Shown here: positions 31,462 to 42,871 of the stretch, one piece after another
Position numbering within the stretch: the first letter of the stretch is position 1
How the letters are laid out: each line of letters opens with the position of its first letter
Virus record (IMG/VR): IMGVR_UViG_3300028603_000002
Coordinates: 96,001 to 160,000 of that record
Origin: a virus
Lineage: Duplodnaviria > Caudoviricetes
Strand: one strand, 5' to 3'
DNA length: 64,000 nt
Notes under the pieces: model-generated
Seen by the model: only the letters and a program-made list of their open reading frames with translations
Told to the model about the DNA's origin: nothing
Databases searched by the model: none
Position numbers and translations under genes: made by a program

Positions 31462-32328
31462 ATGAATATACGCATAACAGGATTCATTGTAAGATTTTCT
31501 GGAGATGAATCTGCAGGTATTTTCCCTCAAGAATGGGAAGTTAAAGGAGATTTTGAGTTTGACACGTTGGAAGACTTAGATCTATTCAAAAATAAGCTGA
31601 TTGAAGCATGGGAATATGCCTCTGATACCCCTATTTCAGTAGAAACATTCGAGGAAATACGAGAAAGAGACATAAAAAGTCGTCCAAAAACCACAGAAAT
31701 CCCAGAAAATGAGTGGGGTGTACATATAACACATTGTTGTGTAGATCATGGATGTAAATATGGGTATGATGACTGCCCTGTTTATTTAGGTATAGTTGAA
31801 CAGAAATATCCTTGTGAAGATTGCAATATTGACTGGTAGAACCACGTTTCACCACATTTTCACTGAAAATCTATGACCCCCCCCTATTTCACTGATTTTT
31901 GGTAAAAAATACCCCAAAATCTTTGGTTTTTTGGTGGAAAATACTTATCTTTATTATGTAATTAATTAGAAACCTATAAAAACACATTAAAAATGAAAGA
32001 ATTATTAGAAAAAATCAATGAATTTCACCAGGAATTTCCACATGGTGAATATGATCGTTTTGATCAAGACATCCTAAATAAAAGGATTGGAGAAACGTGG
32101 GAGATAGAAGAGCAGATAGAGGAAGCAGCACAACACTTAAAAAAGGGAGATACAGCATTATGTATAATGCCTGCCGATGTTGTAAAGAAGAGAAGTAAAA
32201 TTAGGGAAGTCACAGTAAAATACCATGGAAAGTATAAAAACGATTATAATGATTTCTCGGATTTCATTAGAGTATCAGATGGTAAATATTCATGGTACCA
32301 ACCTAAGAACAAAATCGTTAAAAAATAG
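31462..32328 (+). other. Hypothetical CDSs 31462-31839 (Cys/His-rich tail) and 31993-32328; promoter at 31922-31953
   Basis: ORF track; promoter consensus. Confidence 0.6.
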
Positions 32329-32470
32329 TATTATTTAACCTACAAACATAGAGCCCGCGAAAATGAATGGGTGATAAAAGATATCCACACGAAAAAACAG
32401 TATGTATGTTCTACACCATTTTTAAAAGGTGCGGAGATTGTATAATTTGAAAAACTTAAACACATAAAAA

Positions 32471-33043
32471 ATGAAAATTCCAATAGACGTACCAGACGGT
32501 ACTAAAGGTGAATGGAGAGTAGAAACTATTGAAGTTCCTGAAAACGATTTCAGTCAAATACTATCTGCTATGAAAACTGGTAGAAGTGTACCAGGTGGAA
32601 AATATAAACGATTGTTAAGAAATGGCACTTGTGTGATGAGCAATACTCCAAATGAGATCCGTGATTTCATGAGGTTCGTTCTTAAAGCAGAAGGTATTGT
32701 ATTAGTAAATGGGCTTGGTTTAGGTGTGTTATTAAAAGCATTATTAGATAAACCGACTATTACCGAAGTAACAGTAATCGAGAAATCAAAAGATGTTATT
32801 GATTTAGTTGGTCCTACTTATCTAAAAGATGAGAGAGTAGCCATTATACACGCCGATGCTTTTGAGTATAAACCACCAAAGGGGAAAAGATATAATGCTG
32901 TATGGCATGACATCTGGGATTATATTTGTGGTGATAATGTAGATGAAATGAAAACATTACATCGGAAATATGGGCGACGGTCAAACTACCAGGAAAGTTG
33001 GTGTCGATATTTATGTGAACAACAAAACAGAAAAACTTGGTAA
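32471..33043 (+). CDS. SAM-dependent methyltransferase / spermidine-synthase-like fold
   Basis: VLVNGLGLG motif I, VIEKSKDVIDLV, ADAF, WHDIW. Confidence 0.65.
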   Translation: MKIPIDVPDGTKGEWRVETIEVPENDFSQILSAMKTGRSVPGGKYKRLLRNGTCVMSNTPNEIRDFMRFVLKAEGIVLVNGLGLGVLLKALLDKPTITEVTVIEKSKDVIDLVGPTYLKDERVAIIHADAFEYKPPKGKRYNAVWHDIWDYICGDNVDEMKTLHRKYGRRSNYQESWCRYLCEQQNRKTW

Positions 33044-33319
33044 TTCATAAAGCAGATATCTTAAAACATCTAAGAACAAAATATCCTAATCAAACAGAAC
33101 AAGAAATCCAAGATTTCTACAAGGATATATCTTGGGGGTATGCTGGTAAATACTATGCTATAATCAGCATCTTGAAAGATAGAGGTATAGATATTGATTC
33201 TGCTTTTAAATTAGCTGGAACTATTAAAATTCAGGATGATGATGAATATTATAACTGATATATTTGGTTATATCAAATATATTCCTTATCTTTAATATCA
33301 AGTAAAAACTATAAAAATC

Positions 33320-33613
33320 ATGAATGCATTAACAATTATTCAAGATGGCAAAATGGTTAAGTTAAATTCTAGCGCCTTAGAAAAAATTGCAGAAATTTAT
33401 CGTGCCATTAACCATGGGTGCAGACAACGCATGCTCAATTTGCTAGCGAAGGAAGGCTCAATGATCGTAACTGACATATATGTTAAGTTACGGCTTGAAC
33501 AATCAGCAGCCTCACAACATTTAGCTATACTTCGAAGAGCAGGTGTTGTTCAAACAGAAAGAAGAGGTAAAAACATTTACTATTCTCTTAAACAAGAAGC
33601 AATGCAGATTTAA
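33320..33613 (+). CDS. ArsR/SmtB-family HTH regulator
   Basis: RAINH..R..ML.LL...V.DIY..L.LEQS..SQHLAILRRAGVV...R.GK.IYYSL; own promoter 33263-33294. Confidence 0.8.
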   Translation: MNALTIIQDGKMVKLNSSALEKIAEIYRAINHGCRQRMLNLLAKEGSMIVTDIYVKLRLEQSAASQHLAILRRAGVVQTERRGKNIYYSLKQEAMQI

Positions 33614-33625
33614 CATTGAACAAAT

Positions 33626-34906
33626 CTAATACAGATTTTCACTAAATAAATAATCCGTTTCATCTTCAATTTGCCCCGCGTCAAAAGCAATCTTCCCTCC
33701 TTCCTCTCTATCTACGAATCTATTCTTATTTGTTAGAAACCCTTGAACGGTTTCTCCGACGCTGTTAGGGCCGAATGTAACAGTTCTTAATCCAGATAGG
33801 CATTTTGTTACCCATATGCAATTTGAATGCCTCCAACCGCATACTACAACCCCTACATCACAATTAAATGGTATAGCTCCACGGTGTGGTTCGGATACTT
33901 CCAAATCTTTATACCAGATAGCTGCACAAAGGATGTATTCTATATCCTTCATGCTCTTACTTCTTTGTTTTGCTTTGTAAAATCTTCTAATCTTTTCAAT
34001 AGATCCAATGGTATATCCTTCATAAACACATATCTTAAACTATCATATGGCATTTTATGAAAATCTCCAATTATATCATCCGTTGGTATTGGATGTAGAT
34101 AACATATATCACTATCTATTGCATGTTTTTTATCTTTGGCTGTTATTCTCGGCAATTCAATTACATCCTTTAACCAAAAATCTAATTTTGTCCAATTACC
34201 ATCCATATTCATAATAGCTTTCTTTACAACTGGAAAATACAATGTCTTGACCATTTCTTCAAATGTTTTAATTCATAATAAAGATAATGAAAATATCTTA
34301 TATTTCCAAATTATTTAGATCTTTCTGCCACTACTTCTAACTTCTGGTTTATCTCATCAATTATCTTTTGCCGGCGGGCGTTTAAATGTTCCGGATAACA
34401 ATCGACCTTATTGGTTAACCGTCTATATTTACCTCCGAATCCCAAATGACCACAAAATCTCCACTCGCTGCATGGATTTTCTTTACTATGATGATGAACG
34501 AATCCATATCTGTCTTCTTCATTGGCTCCGCCAATCTCAACTAATATATCATATACCTTATGTGCGTGTAATTCTGTCATATTTTTATTTTTCACATCAT
34601 TATACCAAAATACATTTTATCATCTACATTTGGATCTTCTAAAATTTCTCTTGCTGAATACAAAACCATTCCAGGCAAGTATTGATAATACACTTTGTCA
34701 TAATAGATATTATCATAATTAGAATATCTGCCTACTTTCAATAATTTCTTTATGACACTATCTTTCTTTTTCTTTAAGATAAAGACCATTCCATTTCTGG
34801 TAGTATTCTGATACTGGAATGAATATCCATTACTGTTAAGAATTAGATCATTCTTTTTTAGATCTTTATAAGGACCATAGTAAATAACATTATCTGTCAT
34901 TTCCAT
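33626..34906 (-). other. Hypothetical CDSs 33626-33952, 33949-34254, 34311-34595, 34592-34906; promoter 34279-34310
   Basis: Overlapping ORFs; promoter consensus. Confidence 0.65.
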
Positions 34907-35411
34907 CTCCTTGCAAGGTTCCTCTTTCTTTTCTTGATTGTAGTTTTTCTATATTATTTTGAGCTACTGTTAACATATCGATATTATCACTATTCATCCT
35001 ATGCCATATTAAAATAAAACAATTACGTAGAAAATCGGCAACTTTTTCTTTCTTCTCGAGTGTAATACCGTCTCTTTCAATCTTCTTTATTACTCCTGCA
35101 AACTTACATATTTCTTTTTGAATATTACCAAAAAATCTGCTATAATCGAAGTATTTTGTATTATTATAATTAAATACAGCATCAATATCTAACATTAAAA
35201 CATGACATAATTCAGACATGTACCACAATACATCACCTGCTTCTTTTTTTCTATTATTATGACCCTCAGGTATAGACCATACGTCTAAAATTTCACCTAA
35301 TTCTTCAATTAATCCCAATGCAGCGTACGCAGAACCCAATTTCTCGGGGTATATAGCTGTTTCTCTTGCTAATTTGCAATAGTCATGAAAGTTCTCTATT
35401 TTCTTCATCAT
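34890..35411 (-). CDS. MazG-like nucleotide pyrophosphohydrolase
   Basis: LGLIEELGE, KKEAGDVLWY, N..KL.SRKERG.L.G.G..R. Confidence 0.75.
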   Translation of the reverse strand: MMKKIENFHDYCKLARETAIYPEKLGSAYAALGLIEELGEILDVWSIPEGHNNRKKEAGDVLWYMSELCHVLMLDIDAVFNYNNTKYFDYSRFFGNIQKEICKFAGVIKKIERDGITLEKKEKVADFLRNCFILIWHRMNSDNIDMLTVAQNNIEKLQSRKERGTLQGDGNDR

Positions 35412-36122
35412 GTTTAATTTTTAACAATTCAATTATTTTTTCAAATGTTTTATCATATAATTCTTTTAGAGTATATACAACATCTTCTTCCAAATGTTCC
35501 ATATAATCATATTTAGTATTATCCCCAGTTAATCCATATATTTTAAAACAGAAATAATTTATTTCATTAAATCTTCTATTAGATTCATATTCTATTGTTA
35601 TTCCATTCTCGGTTTCCAACCATATTAATATCTGCCAATAAGTTGGTGCGGCACATTTATTAAGAAATTCTTTGTGATTTTTCGATATCAGTGAATTTTT
35701 AATACCGAGATTATTACCACCAATCCCAGATAACCAACCATTTCTCCACGCAGTAAAACACGGATAATCGAATCCTAATTTAGCAAATTCCATAGCTAAT
35801 TGTGGAGGTATAAATTCATCTGTTAATTGATATACATTCATTGACAAAAATATTTTCTTATTTTTATTTGCAATTCAGAATATCTATCTTGATGTGCAAC
35901 TGCAACTTCATCCCTAGCTTCGTACATATCATTATACATTTTTGCAATATCGGGGCGTGTATTTAGAAACTCTTGTAATTCTTCCATTTTTTGTATAACA
36001 TTTTCTAGAGAATCTAACCAATGCTTATACTCTACCATGAAATTCTTTACTTCAAATTGCTTAGTTATTGGCATACTTTCTAATTTGGATTTAAAATTAA
36101 AGATTTCCTGGGAAATAACCAA
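35383..36122 (-). other. Hypothetical CDSs 35383-35847 and 35838-36122
   Basis: Overlapping ORFs. Confidence 0.55.
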
Positions 36123-36206
36123 ATATTCAATACTTTTTAATGATGTTAAAATTATATATATTTAATATAGCAAAGTTAATAAAAAGTTTTCTGGAAGTAT
36201 AGGTAG

Positions 36207-36314
36207 TTGATAAATATTCGTCTGGATTCGCCAGAGTAAGTGTAAGACGGCTTCATTGCCACAACTCACCATGGCGGCGTAAGATTCACATCCTTAGAAA
36301 TGTGAGTATGTCAA
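36207..36314 (+). mobile_element. Probable IS200/IS605-family right-end remnant
   Basis: Subterminal hairpin TCACAT-CCTTAGAA-ATGTGA followed by GTATGTCAA; GC-rich structured segment with TGTAAGAC upstream. Confidence 0.4.
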
Positions 36315-36379
36315 AAAACATTTCTAATTACAAAATTTAGACTAAATTTTTATTATGGGTAAACAATATTTATATACAG

Positions 36380-37108
36380 ATGAGTTCACAAAAAATCATA
36401 AAGAATCTAGTATATCTAAATGAGTTCTTAACAGAATGTTCATGCAAAAATAAACACTTTCCCGAACCTACATTACATATTCCCAATGGTTATAAATCAT
36501 ATATTTCTGAATACATTAAAGAACATGGATTAGCAGAAGTACATACTAAATGGTATAACTATTTACAAAATGATAAACTATCAGAAAATAAAATCAATAA
36601 TGTAATTGATCATTATTTCAAGGATATTCTGGGTGAGGCTACTTATAAAGATTTAAGACGTGATGCACCGAATTATCTAAATATTAGAACTAAATCAAAG
36701 AAAACTAAAGGTTCTCGATACCAAGATATTGATGAAAATGGTATTGTTAGATTTAGAACTCCATCCCATACAGTACCTGGAAGAATATATACTCAATTTG
36801 TAAAGCTATTAGATTTGGATGATATAATTAGACAATATTCTGCTAGCAGAACTCCAATACAGATAGCCAGAATGGCATTAGCAGGTGATATTGAAGTACA
36901 TTGCACTGATCCATCCTGGAAATATTGGGGATTCCAGTATATTGGTTCCCAGAATAACTATGCTCTAAACAATGAGCCGAGAATACCTAAGATCAGGAAT
37001 CCAAGACTACAAGGATCTGTTTGTAAACACTTGGATAACGTGTTATTCATACTTCCATTCCAGTCAGCTGTAATAGGAAGAGACTTACAAAAATTAGGTA
37101 TATTGTAA
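36380..37108 (+). CDS. Phage protein with a SWIM-like Zn motif
   Basis: VHCTDPSWKYWG...RNP...GSVCKHL; ATATTTAT upstream. Confidence 0.6.
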   Translation: MSSQKIIKNLVYLNEFLTECSCKNKHFPEPTLHIPNGYKSYISEYIKEHGLAEVHTKWYNYLQNDKLSENKINNVIDHYFKDILGEATYKDLRRDAPNYLNIRTKSKKTKGSRYQDIDENGIVRFRTPSHTVPGRIYTQFVKLLDLDDIIRQYSASRTPIQIARMALAGDIEVHCTDPSWKYWGFQYIGSQNNYALNNEPRIPKIRNPRLQGSVCKHLDNVLFILPFQSAVIGRDLQKLGIL

Positions 37109-37185
37109 AATGAAAAGTGGTATTCATACTGCATTCAATTTAAATACCACTATCACAAAGTGAAAAAACCAAAACCAAACTCAAC

Positions 37186-37476
37186 CTATTTGAGTTTATC
37201 TTTAATTTCTTTTATAACATCGTCTTCATTATTACTAGCAAGATATATCCAACTTACAGCCCCATTGCTAAAATTAACACCATCCCAAGATCCTTCTGTA
37301 TCTTTATATGCAATAGGCATTTTTTGAACTTCCACTCTTTCAGCTATTGATATGTATTCTAATACATTCTCCATATCATTAGTAACACTCATTGTTGGAT
37401 TAGAATCGTCGTATTGATCAATTATCAATAAAACACCATCCTTAATTTTGTAGGTAAATTTGCTTCTAGGTTTCAT
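37186..37476 (-). CDS. Hypothetical protein
   Basis: SVTND.E.V...YKD.EG.WDG motif; promoter 37496-37527. Confidence 0.6.
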   Translation of the reverse strand: MKPRSKFTYKIKDGVLLIIDQYDDSNPTMSVTNDMENVLEYISIAERVEVQKMPIAYKDTEGSWDGVNFSNGAVSWIYLASNNEDDVIKEIKDKLK

Positions 37477-37565
37477 GTTAGTTCTTTTAATTTTTTAAAG
37501 GTAACATTTAATTTTGTAATTTCCAAATTTTTTACCCTCCTCTTGAATATTGTTCGGATGCAGTG

Positions 37566-37594
37566 CATTTGTCTTTAGCAAATGGGTAGTTCAC
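37566..37594 (+). mobile_element. Probable IS200/IS605-family right-end hairpin remnant
   Basis: CATTTG-TCTTTAG-CAAATG-GGTAGTTCAC. Confidence 0.45.
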
Positions 37595-37618
37595 AATGTT
37601 GGAATTTTTCAAAATTAG

Positions 37619-37975
37619 TCATAATATATCTCTTTCGTACAGCAGCAGTACAGGTCCTTTAATTGTTGAATTTGGTTCATCTACAAGCTGGAATATTTCT
37701 GGAATGAACCAACCAGGGGTAGACTTGTATCTCATATAATAATTAAATCGTTTCAAAAATTCATCTCGGATATTCCCATTGCTAATCTTACACCATCCCT
37801 CTGGATGTAGAAATTGTCTAACTTGGGTAGATTCGATTCCTAATCTGTCTCCAAGTTCAATTATACTAATTGTTCTCAGGTCTTCTTCAGAAAGATTTTC
37901 ACTTACTTCTCGTTGTTTCTTTTGTGTTATCATATAATTTATCTTTGAAATATTCGCATGTCGATTGTAGCCCAT
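37619..37975 (-). CDS. Hypothetical protein
   Basis: ORF track; true start is probably the downstream Met at 37933. Confidence 0.5.
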   Translation of the reverse strand: MGYNRHANISKINYMITQKKQREVSENLSEEDLRTISIIELGDRLGIESTQVRQFLHPEGWCKISNGNIRDEFLKRFNYYMRYKSTPGWFIPEIFQLVDEPNSTIKGPVLLLYERDIL

Positions 37976-38864
37976 CTATCAAATCTACTTTTGGTTCCCA
38001 ATCCAATACTTTCTTAGCAAGTCTGATATCAGGCTGTCTTTGCATTGGGTCGTCAATTATATCATGATATACTAAATCTATATGTTCTACGTCTAATAAT
38101 AATCCCAATTGATCTATTAGATCCATTATTCGATATTCCGCTGGGTTGCCAATATTAATTGGACCTACAAATGGAATAGATTTCTGCATATATTTAATGA
38201 TACCATTTACAGTATCAGTTATATAACAAAATGATCTAGTTTGTTTTCCATCATTATGTACTGTAATTGGTTTTCCTAATAACATCTGATTGATAAAATT
38301 TGGAATTGCTCTTCCATCATCAACTCTCATATGCGGGCCATATGTATTGAATATACGAACTATCCTGACATCCAAACCATGCACACGGTGATAAGCCATT
38401 GCCATTGCTTCCTGGAATCTTTTAGCTTCATCGTAAACTCCTCTTGGTCCAATTGGATTTACATGTCCCCAATAATCTTCAGACTGTGGATGTTTTTGTG
38501 GATCGCCATACACTTCACTTGTCGAAGCAATAAGAATAGGTATTTTCTGTTTCCTTGCTAATTCTAAAATATTATATGTACCTGCTGATCCCACTCGAAG
38601 TGTTTCAATAGGCATATTTAGATAATCGGCGGGAGAGGCTGGCGAAGCAAAGTGTAAAATGTAGTCAGCTTTAACAAACGGCAATCGCTCAGATATATCA
38701 TGATCGATAAATTGAAACCAGTTGGAATCTGTTAAACATTGTATGTTATCTCCATTGCTGGTACATAAATTATCCATACAAATGATATGGTGTCCATCAT
38801 CATGTAGATACCGACAAAGGTAACTCCCTATAAACCCAGCGCCACCAGTAACTAATATTCTCAT
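37899..38864 (-). CDS. UDP-glucuronic acid decarboxylase (UDP-xylose synthase), extended SDR family
   Basis: [68 protein letters not shown]. Confidence 0.85.
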   Translation of the reverse strand: MRILVTGGAGFIGSYLCRYLHDDGHHIICMDNLCTSNGDNIQCLTDSNWFQFIDHDISERLPFVKADYILHFASPASPADYLNMPIETLRVGSAGTYNILELARKQKIPILIASTSEVYGDPQKHPQSEDYWGHVNPIGPRGVYDEAKRFQEAMAMAYHRVHGLDVRIVRIFNTYGPHMRVDDGRAIPNFINQMLLGKPITVHNDGKQTRSFCYITDTVNGIIKYMQKSIPFVGPINIGNPAEYRIMDLIDQLGLLLDVEHIDLVYHDIIDDPMQRQPDIRLAKKVLDWEPKVDLIDGLQSTCEYFKDKLYDNTKETTRSK

Positions 38865-39349
38865 AGTTCAAATTCGCTTAAATGTTTGATTCTTCTATTC
38901 CATTGAAATGTTTGGTTACAATCAGCGTCCCATACATATGACTTAATTCCAACTTCATCTAATTCGAGTACAGTTTGTGGTTTATCGTCGATAAAGTGTG
39001 TAATCCCAAGTTCTTTACATATATTTACCTTAGATTCATTGTAAACAGTAAAAACTGGTTTAGTTGGTAGTTTGTTCATCCCTATTGCTTGTTCACTTAT
39101 CTCGCTTGGTATTGGTCGAGCAGTAACATAGAAATCAAACTTGAAATCTTCAATACCAATATTATCATTTACAGGCATTGACAACCAAAACTTTGGATCA
39201 TGTTTAACTATATGAAAGTTATCGTCTATAAAGGGAACATCCCAATATGTAGGTGGGGTGTATTCATATCCTAACCATCTATAGAAATGACGCATAAAAT
39301 CGAATACGACATCATCAAGATCTAATCCTATCTTTATCTCCATGCTCAA
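38861..39349 (-). CDS. HAD-superfamily 5'(3')-nucleotidase-like protein
   Basis: [19 protein letters not shown] motifs. Confidence 0.7.
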   Translation of the reverse strand: MSMEIKIGLDLDDVVFDFMRHFYRWLGYEYTPPTYWDVPFIDDNFHIVKHDPKFWLSMPVNDNIGIEDFKFDFYVTARPIPSEISEQAIGMNKLPTKPVFTVYNESKVNICKELGITHFIDDKPQTVLELDEVGIKSYVWDADCNQTFQWNRRIKHLSEFEL

Positions 39350-39462
39350 AAATTTTATATAAAAATAAGGGTTTTTGAGGATATAACAAAATTTTTTATG
39401 AAAATTTCTTGAATATAAAATATTTTACTTATATTTATGGCCAGATTATTTCATAACTAAAC

Positions 39463-39798
39463 ATGTTTTGTATGAATACGAAAACTAAAGTACATGAGGA
39501 TGGTAGCGCAACCATCTCTTATCAGTTTGGCCGTATTGCATTAACCACTGAACAAGGTTATCGTTGTAATGTTCGGCGCTCCATTAAGAATATGGAGAAA
39601 TTTTTGGAGGGTAAAAAGAATTATAAAGTAACACTGGATCGTTGTAGACCCGACCCAGAAGGTTATATTTGTGTTCTAGTTATTCGCAATAGAATGGGTT
39701 ATCCAATTTGTTGGAAATGGTATAAATCTATACCAGCAGCTCAACGAGCTTTTCAAACATTAATTGATAAGTTAGTTGATATTAGAAACTCTAATTAA
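39463..39798 (+). CDS. Hypothetical protein
   Basis: ORF track. Confidence 0.55.
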   Translation: MFCMNTKTKVHEDGSATISYQFGRIALTTEQGYRCNVRRSIKNMEKFLEGKKNYKVTLDRCRPDPEGYICVLVIRNRMGYPICWKWYKSIPAAQRAFQTLIDKLVDIRNSN

Positions 39799-39822
39799 AG
39801 AAAACAACCAAGATTTTTTAAG

Positions 39823-39856
39823 ATGAGTTGGATATTAATTTATCTAACTCATTTTT
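39823..39856 (+). terminator. Rho-independent terminator
   Basis: ATGAGTTGGATA...TATCTAACTCAT followed by a T-run. Confidence 0.6.
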
Positions 39857-39904
39857 ATGTAAATTCCTATCATTTTAATATTTATAACAAAGATAGGAAA
39901 AGTT

Positions 39905-41110
39905 ATGACATATGAAACAGAGTTTTACAAACTTCTCGAAAATGAATATTTAGATGTTAATATAATTGATACTGAAAAAACATATAGAAGAAAGAATTTC
40001 GGTATAAAAAGATTATATAGATTGCTTGCATTGGATGATCTTAAAATTCAAGTCCTAAATTATAAAACAATTATAAAGAAACATTCAATAGGCGGATGGT
40101 GCTCATTAGAAGCATTTGAATGTCTGAAAAATCTGCATGTTAACAATCTATCTTGGATTGGTAATACAGCAAAATTAATTTCTTGTAATACATTTGAAAA
40201 ATCTATTCTTCTTGATGATGCCGCTGTGGTTAAAAAAAATACAGATGAATTACATTTATTTAATGTCTATGCAGCAAATTACGCCAGGATTGATGGTGGA
40301 AATATTAATTCATCTGAATTCTATGATAAAACAACAGTGTATTCTGGTACGTTAGTGAAAGTTCAAATGTACAATGCATCATTGATAAAAAATTCTACAG
40401 TAACAAATACTATATTACATGATGGATCATACATTATGTCTTCCGAAGTATTAGATTGTACTTTAAAGGATACTGCATCAATTATTAATGGAAAACATGA
40501 AAATTGCATTTACTCAGGAAATCATGTAGCTAAAGAAAATAGTAGAAATCAGACATTACATGAAGAAAGTGTAATACTAGAAATTAAAACTGGTAAATAA
40601 CTTACATAAATGTCATGGAGTTTATTTCATACCAAAATGTATGCGCTTATTGGAAAACAACACGTTTCCAGATTTGAATTCAGTTTAACTTTAGCAACTG
40701 CTTATCACGAATGTGTACTCCGACATTATGATGCTTTTACTGCAGGAGGTGTAGTTATTAACACCGCGCCTAAAATACAAGCACTTTATCAGGGTATATT
40801 GCAGATTGCTGAAATGAATAGAAAGTCTCATAAGGATGTTAATTTCGTTCAGCAAATTGAGCCATATATCTATGTTTACTGGACAGGTGCTGTTATTATC
40901 GGACCTACTGGCATTGTTAATGTTACCTCACCTGGATCTTGGGTATCTATTCACATCAAACAAAATTTTGATTTTAATGTTATACTTTATGCCTTTGAGT
41001 CCGCCGCGAGGATACATCTGGCAACATTAACAGGTATATACACCTCTACAGTAATACAACCTCCAATTACTACTCCGTGGAGCGGTGCTTCACTTCAAAC
41101 TTTTCCATGA
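39905..41110 (+). other. Late hypothetical CDSs 39905-40600 (beta-helix-like repeats) and 40610-41110
   Basis: ATATTTAT upstream; ORF track. Confidence 0.65.
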
Positions 41111-41150
41111 GTTCATAGTCTCAACTATATTTATTAATAAATACGAAGTC

Positions 41151-42035
41151 ATGGATTGGAGAAAGCAACCAACATCAATAATTAAAGACGCTCAGAGGAA
41201 TTTAGGATTGCCAATTACTGGTAATAAAGATCCTCTTACTGAAGCAGCTATTAGAAATTTCCAACATAAAAATAAACTTCCTGTTACTGGAGAATTAGAT
41301 TCTAGGACATTAAATTTATTATTAAATGAAATTGAATTTACTAGTGATGCTTCAGAGAACTTTGAATCTTTTATGATTCATTATCCATTGCCCAGAAATG
41401 AATACATTATAGGTCCAACTCATAAAGAATATCTATTCTTACATCACACTGCTGGTTGGAATGATCCGTATAAACAAGTAGATGGGTGGGCAACGGATTC
41501 TAGGGGTCCAATAGGAACTGGATACATTATTGGTGGTACTAATATTAAAAATGGTGATGATACTTATGATGGAATTGTATTAAAAACAATGTCAGATAAT
41601 GATTATGCATGGCATCTTGGCCCTGTAGATAAGTTCATGCACAAACACTCAATAGGAATAGAAATTTGTAATTTTGGTTTTCTAACAAAGAAAGGAAATA
41701 ATTACTACACTTATGTGAATCAATTAGTACTACCAGAACAAGTATTAGATCTTAAATCATCCTTTAAAGGACATAGATATTGGCATAAGTATACTGATAG
41801 ACAAATATCAATCCTTAAAGATTTAATTTTACATTTATGTAACAAACATAATATTGATTATACAGTTGGATTAATAGATAGATTAAAACAAATGAATCCA
41901 ATCGATGCTTTTTCTTATTATGAAGCTGCAAAATCAGGTGAAGTGAAGGGTATGTTGAGTCATACTAATGTACACACAGGAAAATTTGATATTTTCCCTC
42001 AAGAAGAAATGATAGATATGTTACTTTCACTTTGA
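41151..42035 (+). CDS. Endolysin: peptidoglycan-binding domain plus N-acetylmuramoyl-L-alanine amidase (Amidase_2)
   Basis: TEAAIRNFQ...LPVTG.LD (PG-binding); LHHTAG, AWHLG, SIGIEICNFG, LSH...GKFD. Confidence 0.85.
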   Translation: MDWRKQPTSIIKDAQRNLGLPITGNKDPLTEAAIRNFQHKNKLPVTGELDSRTLNLLLNEIEFTSDASENFESFMIHYPLPRNEYIIGPTHKEYLFLHHTAGWNDPYKQVDGWATDSRGPIGTGYIIGGTNIKNGDDTYDGIVLKTMSDNDYAWHLGPVDKFMHKHSIGIEICNFGFLTKKGNNYYTYVNQLVLPEQVLDLKSSFKGHRYWHKYTDRQISILKDLILHLCNKHNIDYTVGLIDRLKQMNPIDAFSYYEAAKSGEVKGMLSHTNVHTGKFDIFPQEEMIDMLLSL

Positions 42036-42085
42036 AAATAAGAAAGTTTTTTTTATATTTAATTCTTAAAATAAATTTATAAGCC

Positions 42086-42868
42086 ATGATTAATTTAAAT
42101 GATTTTTTAACACCAAAAAAGAAAAATCAAATTGACGATGATGGGGATATTCTAATCTCTGAAGAGCAAGATGATACAGAAGATACTAATATATCTGAAG
42201 TTGATGAAAAACCAAAAATAGAAAAAATAGAAGATAATACTGAATTAAAACCAATTCAAGAAATACCTCAATATTTAATAGATGATCCTATAGCAATGGG
42301 ATATGAAGATGAAGTATTTCAGGATTCTATTTATAATTTTTCCTTGTCAGGGGTGTTGCCATTATCAGGTGAAGTATCAATGTTAGATATTGGTTGTGGA
42401 AGGGCTGATATTACAGACTATATTAGTAGAAATTTCATTATAGAATTAAATTATACAGGTATAGAGTTAAATCAAACAATAGCCAAAATTCCAGAAACTA
42501 AATACCCGACGTTTTTCAATCAAAAAGATAAGTATAAAATAATTAATGATGAATTTTTAAATTATGATTTTAAAGATAATCTTTACGATTGGGTCATTTG
42601 TATTGGTTCATTAAATTTACTATACTATGAAATCAAAATAGATAAATGGCAATACATCAATAATTTTATTTCTAAAGCATTAGATGTTTGTAAACAAGGT
42701 GTTGTATTAACATTAATACATGATACCGGCGGACAGGAGAATTTTGTATCTTATCCAATTCCTAATATGGCAGATGAAGTATTAAAATTCAAACGTCCAT
42801 TTACAATACAAACATCAGAGATATCAGACATTTACAGAGTTATCATTAATAAACAAGTAATTTTATAA
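42086..42868 (+). CDS. Class I SAM-dependent methyltransferase
   Basis: MLDIGCGRAD, YTGIE, YDWV.CIGSLN. Confidence 0.7.
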   Translation: MINLNDFLTPKKKNQIDDDGDILISEEQDDTEDTNISEVDEKPKIEKIEDNTELKPIQEIPQYLIDDPIAMGYEDEVFQDSIYNFSLSGVLPLSGEVSMLDIGCGRADITDYISRNFIIELNYTGIELNQTIAKIPETKYPTFFNQKDKYKIINDEFLNYDFKDNLYDWVICIGSLNLLYYEIKIDKWQYINNFISKALDVCKQGVVLTLIHDTGGQENFVSYPIPNMADEVLKFKRPFTIQTSEISDIYRVIINKQVIL

Positions 42869-42871
42869 ACA

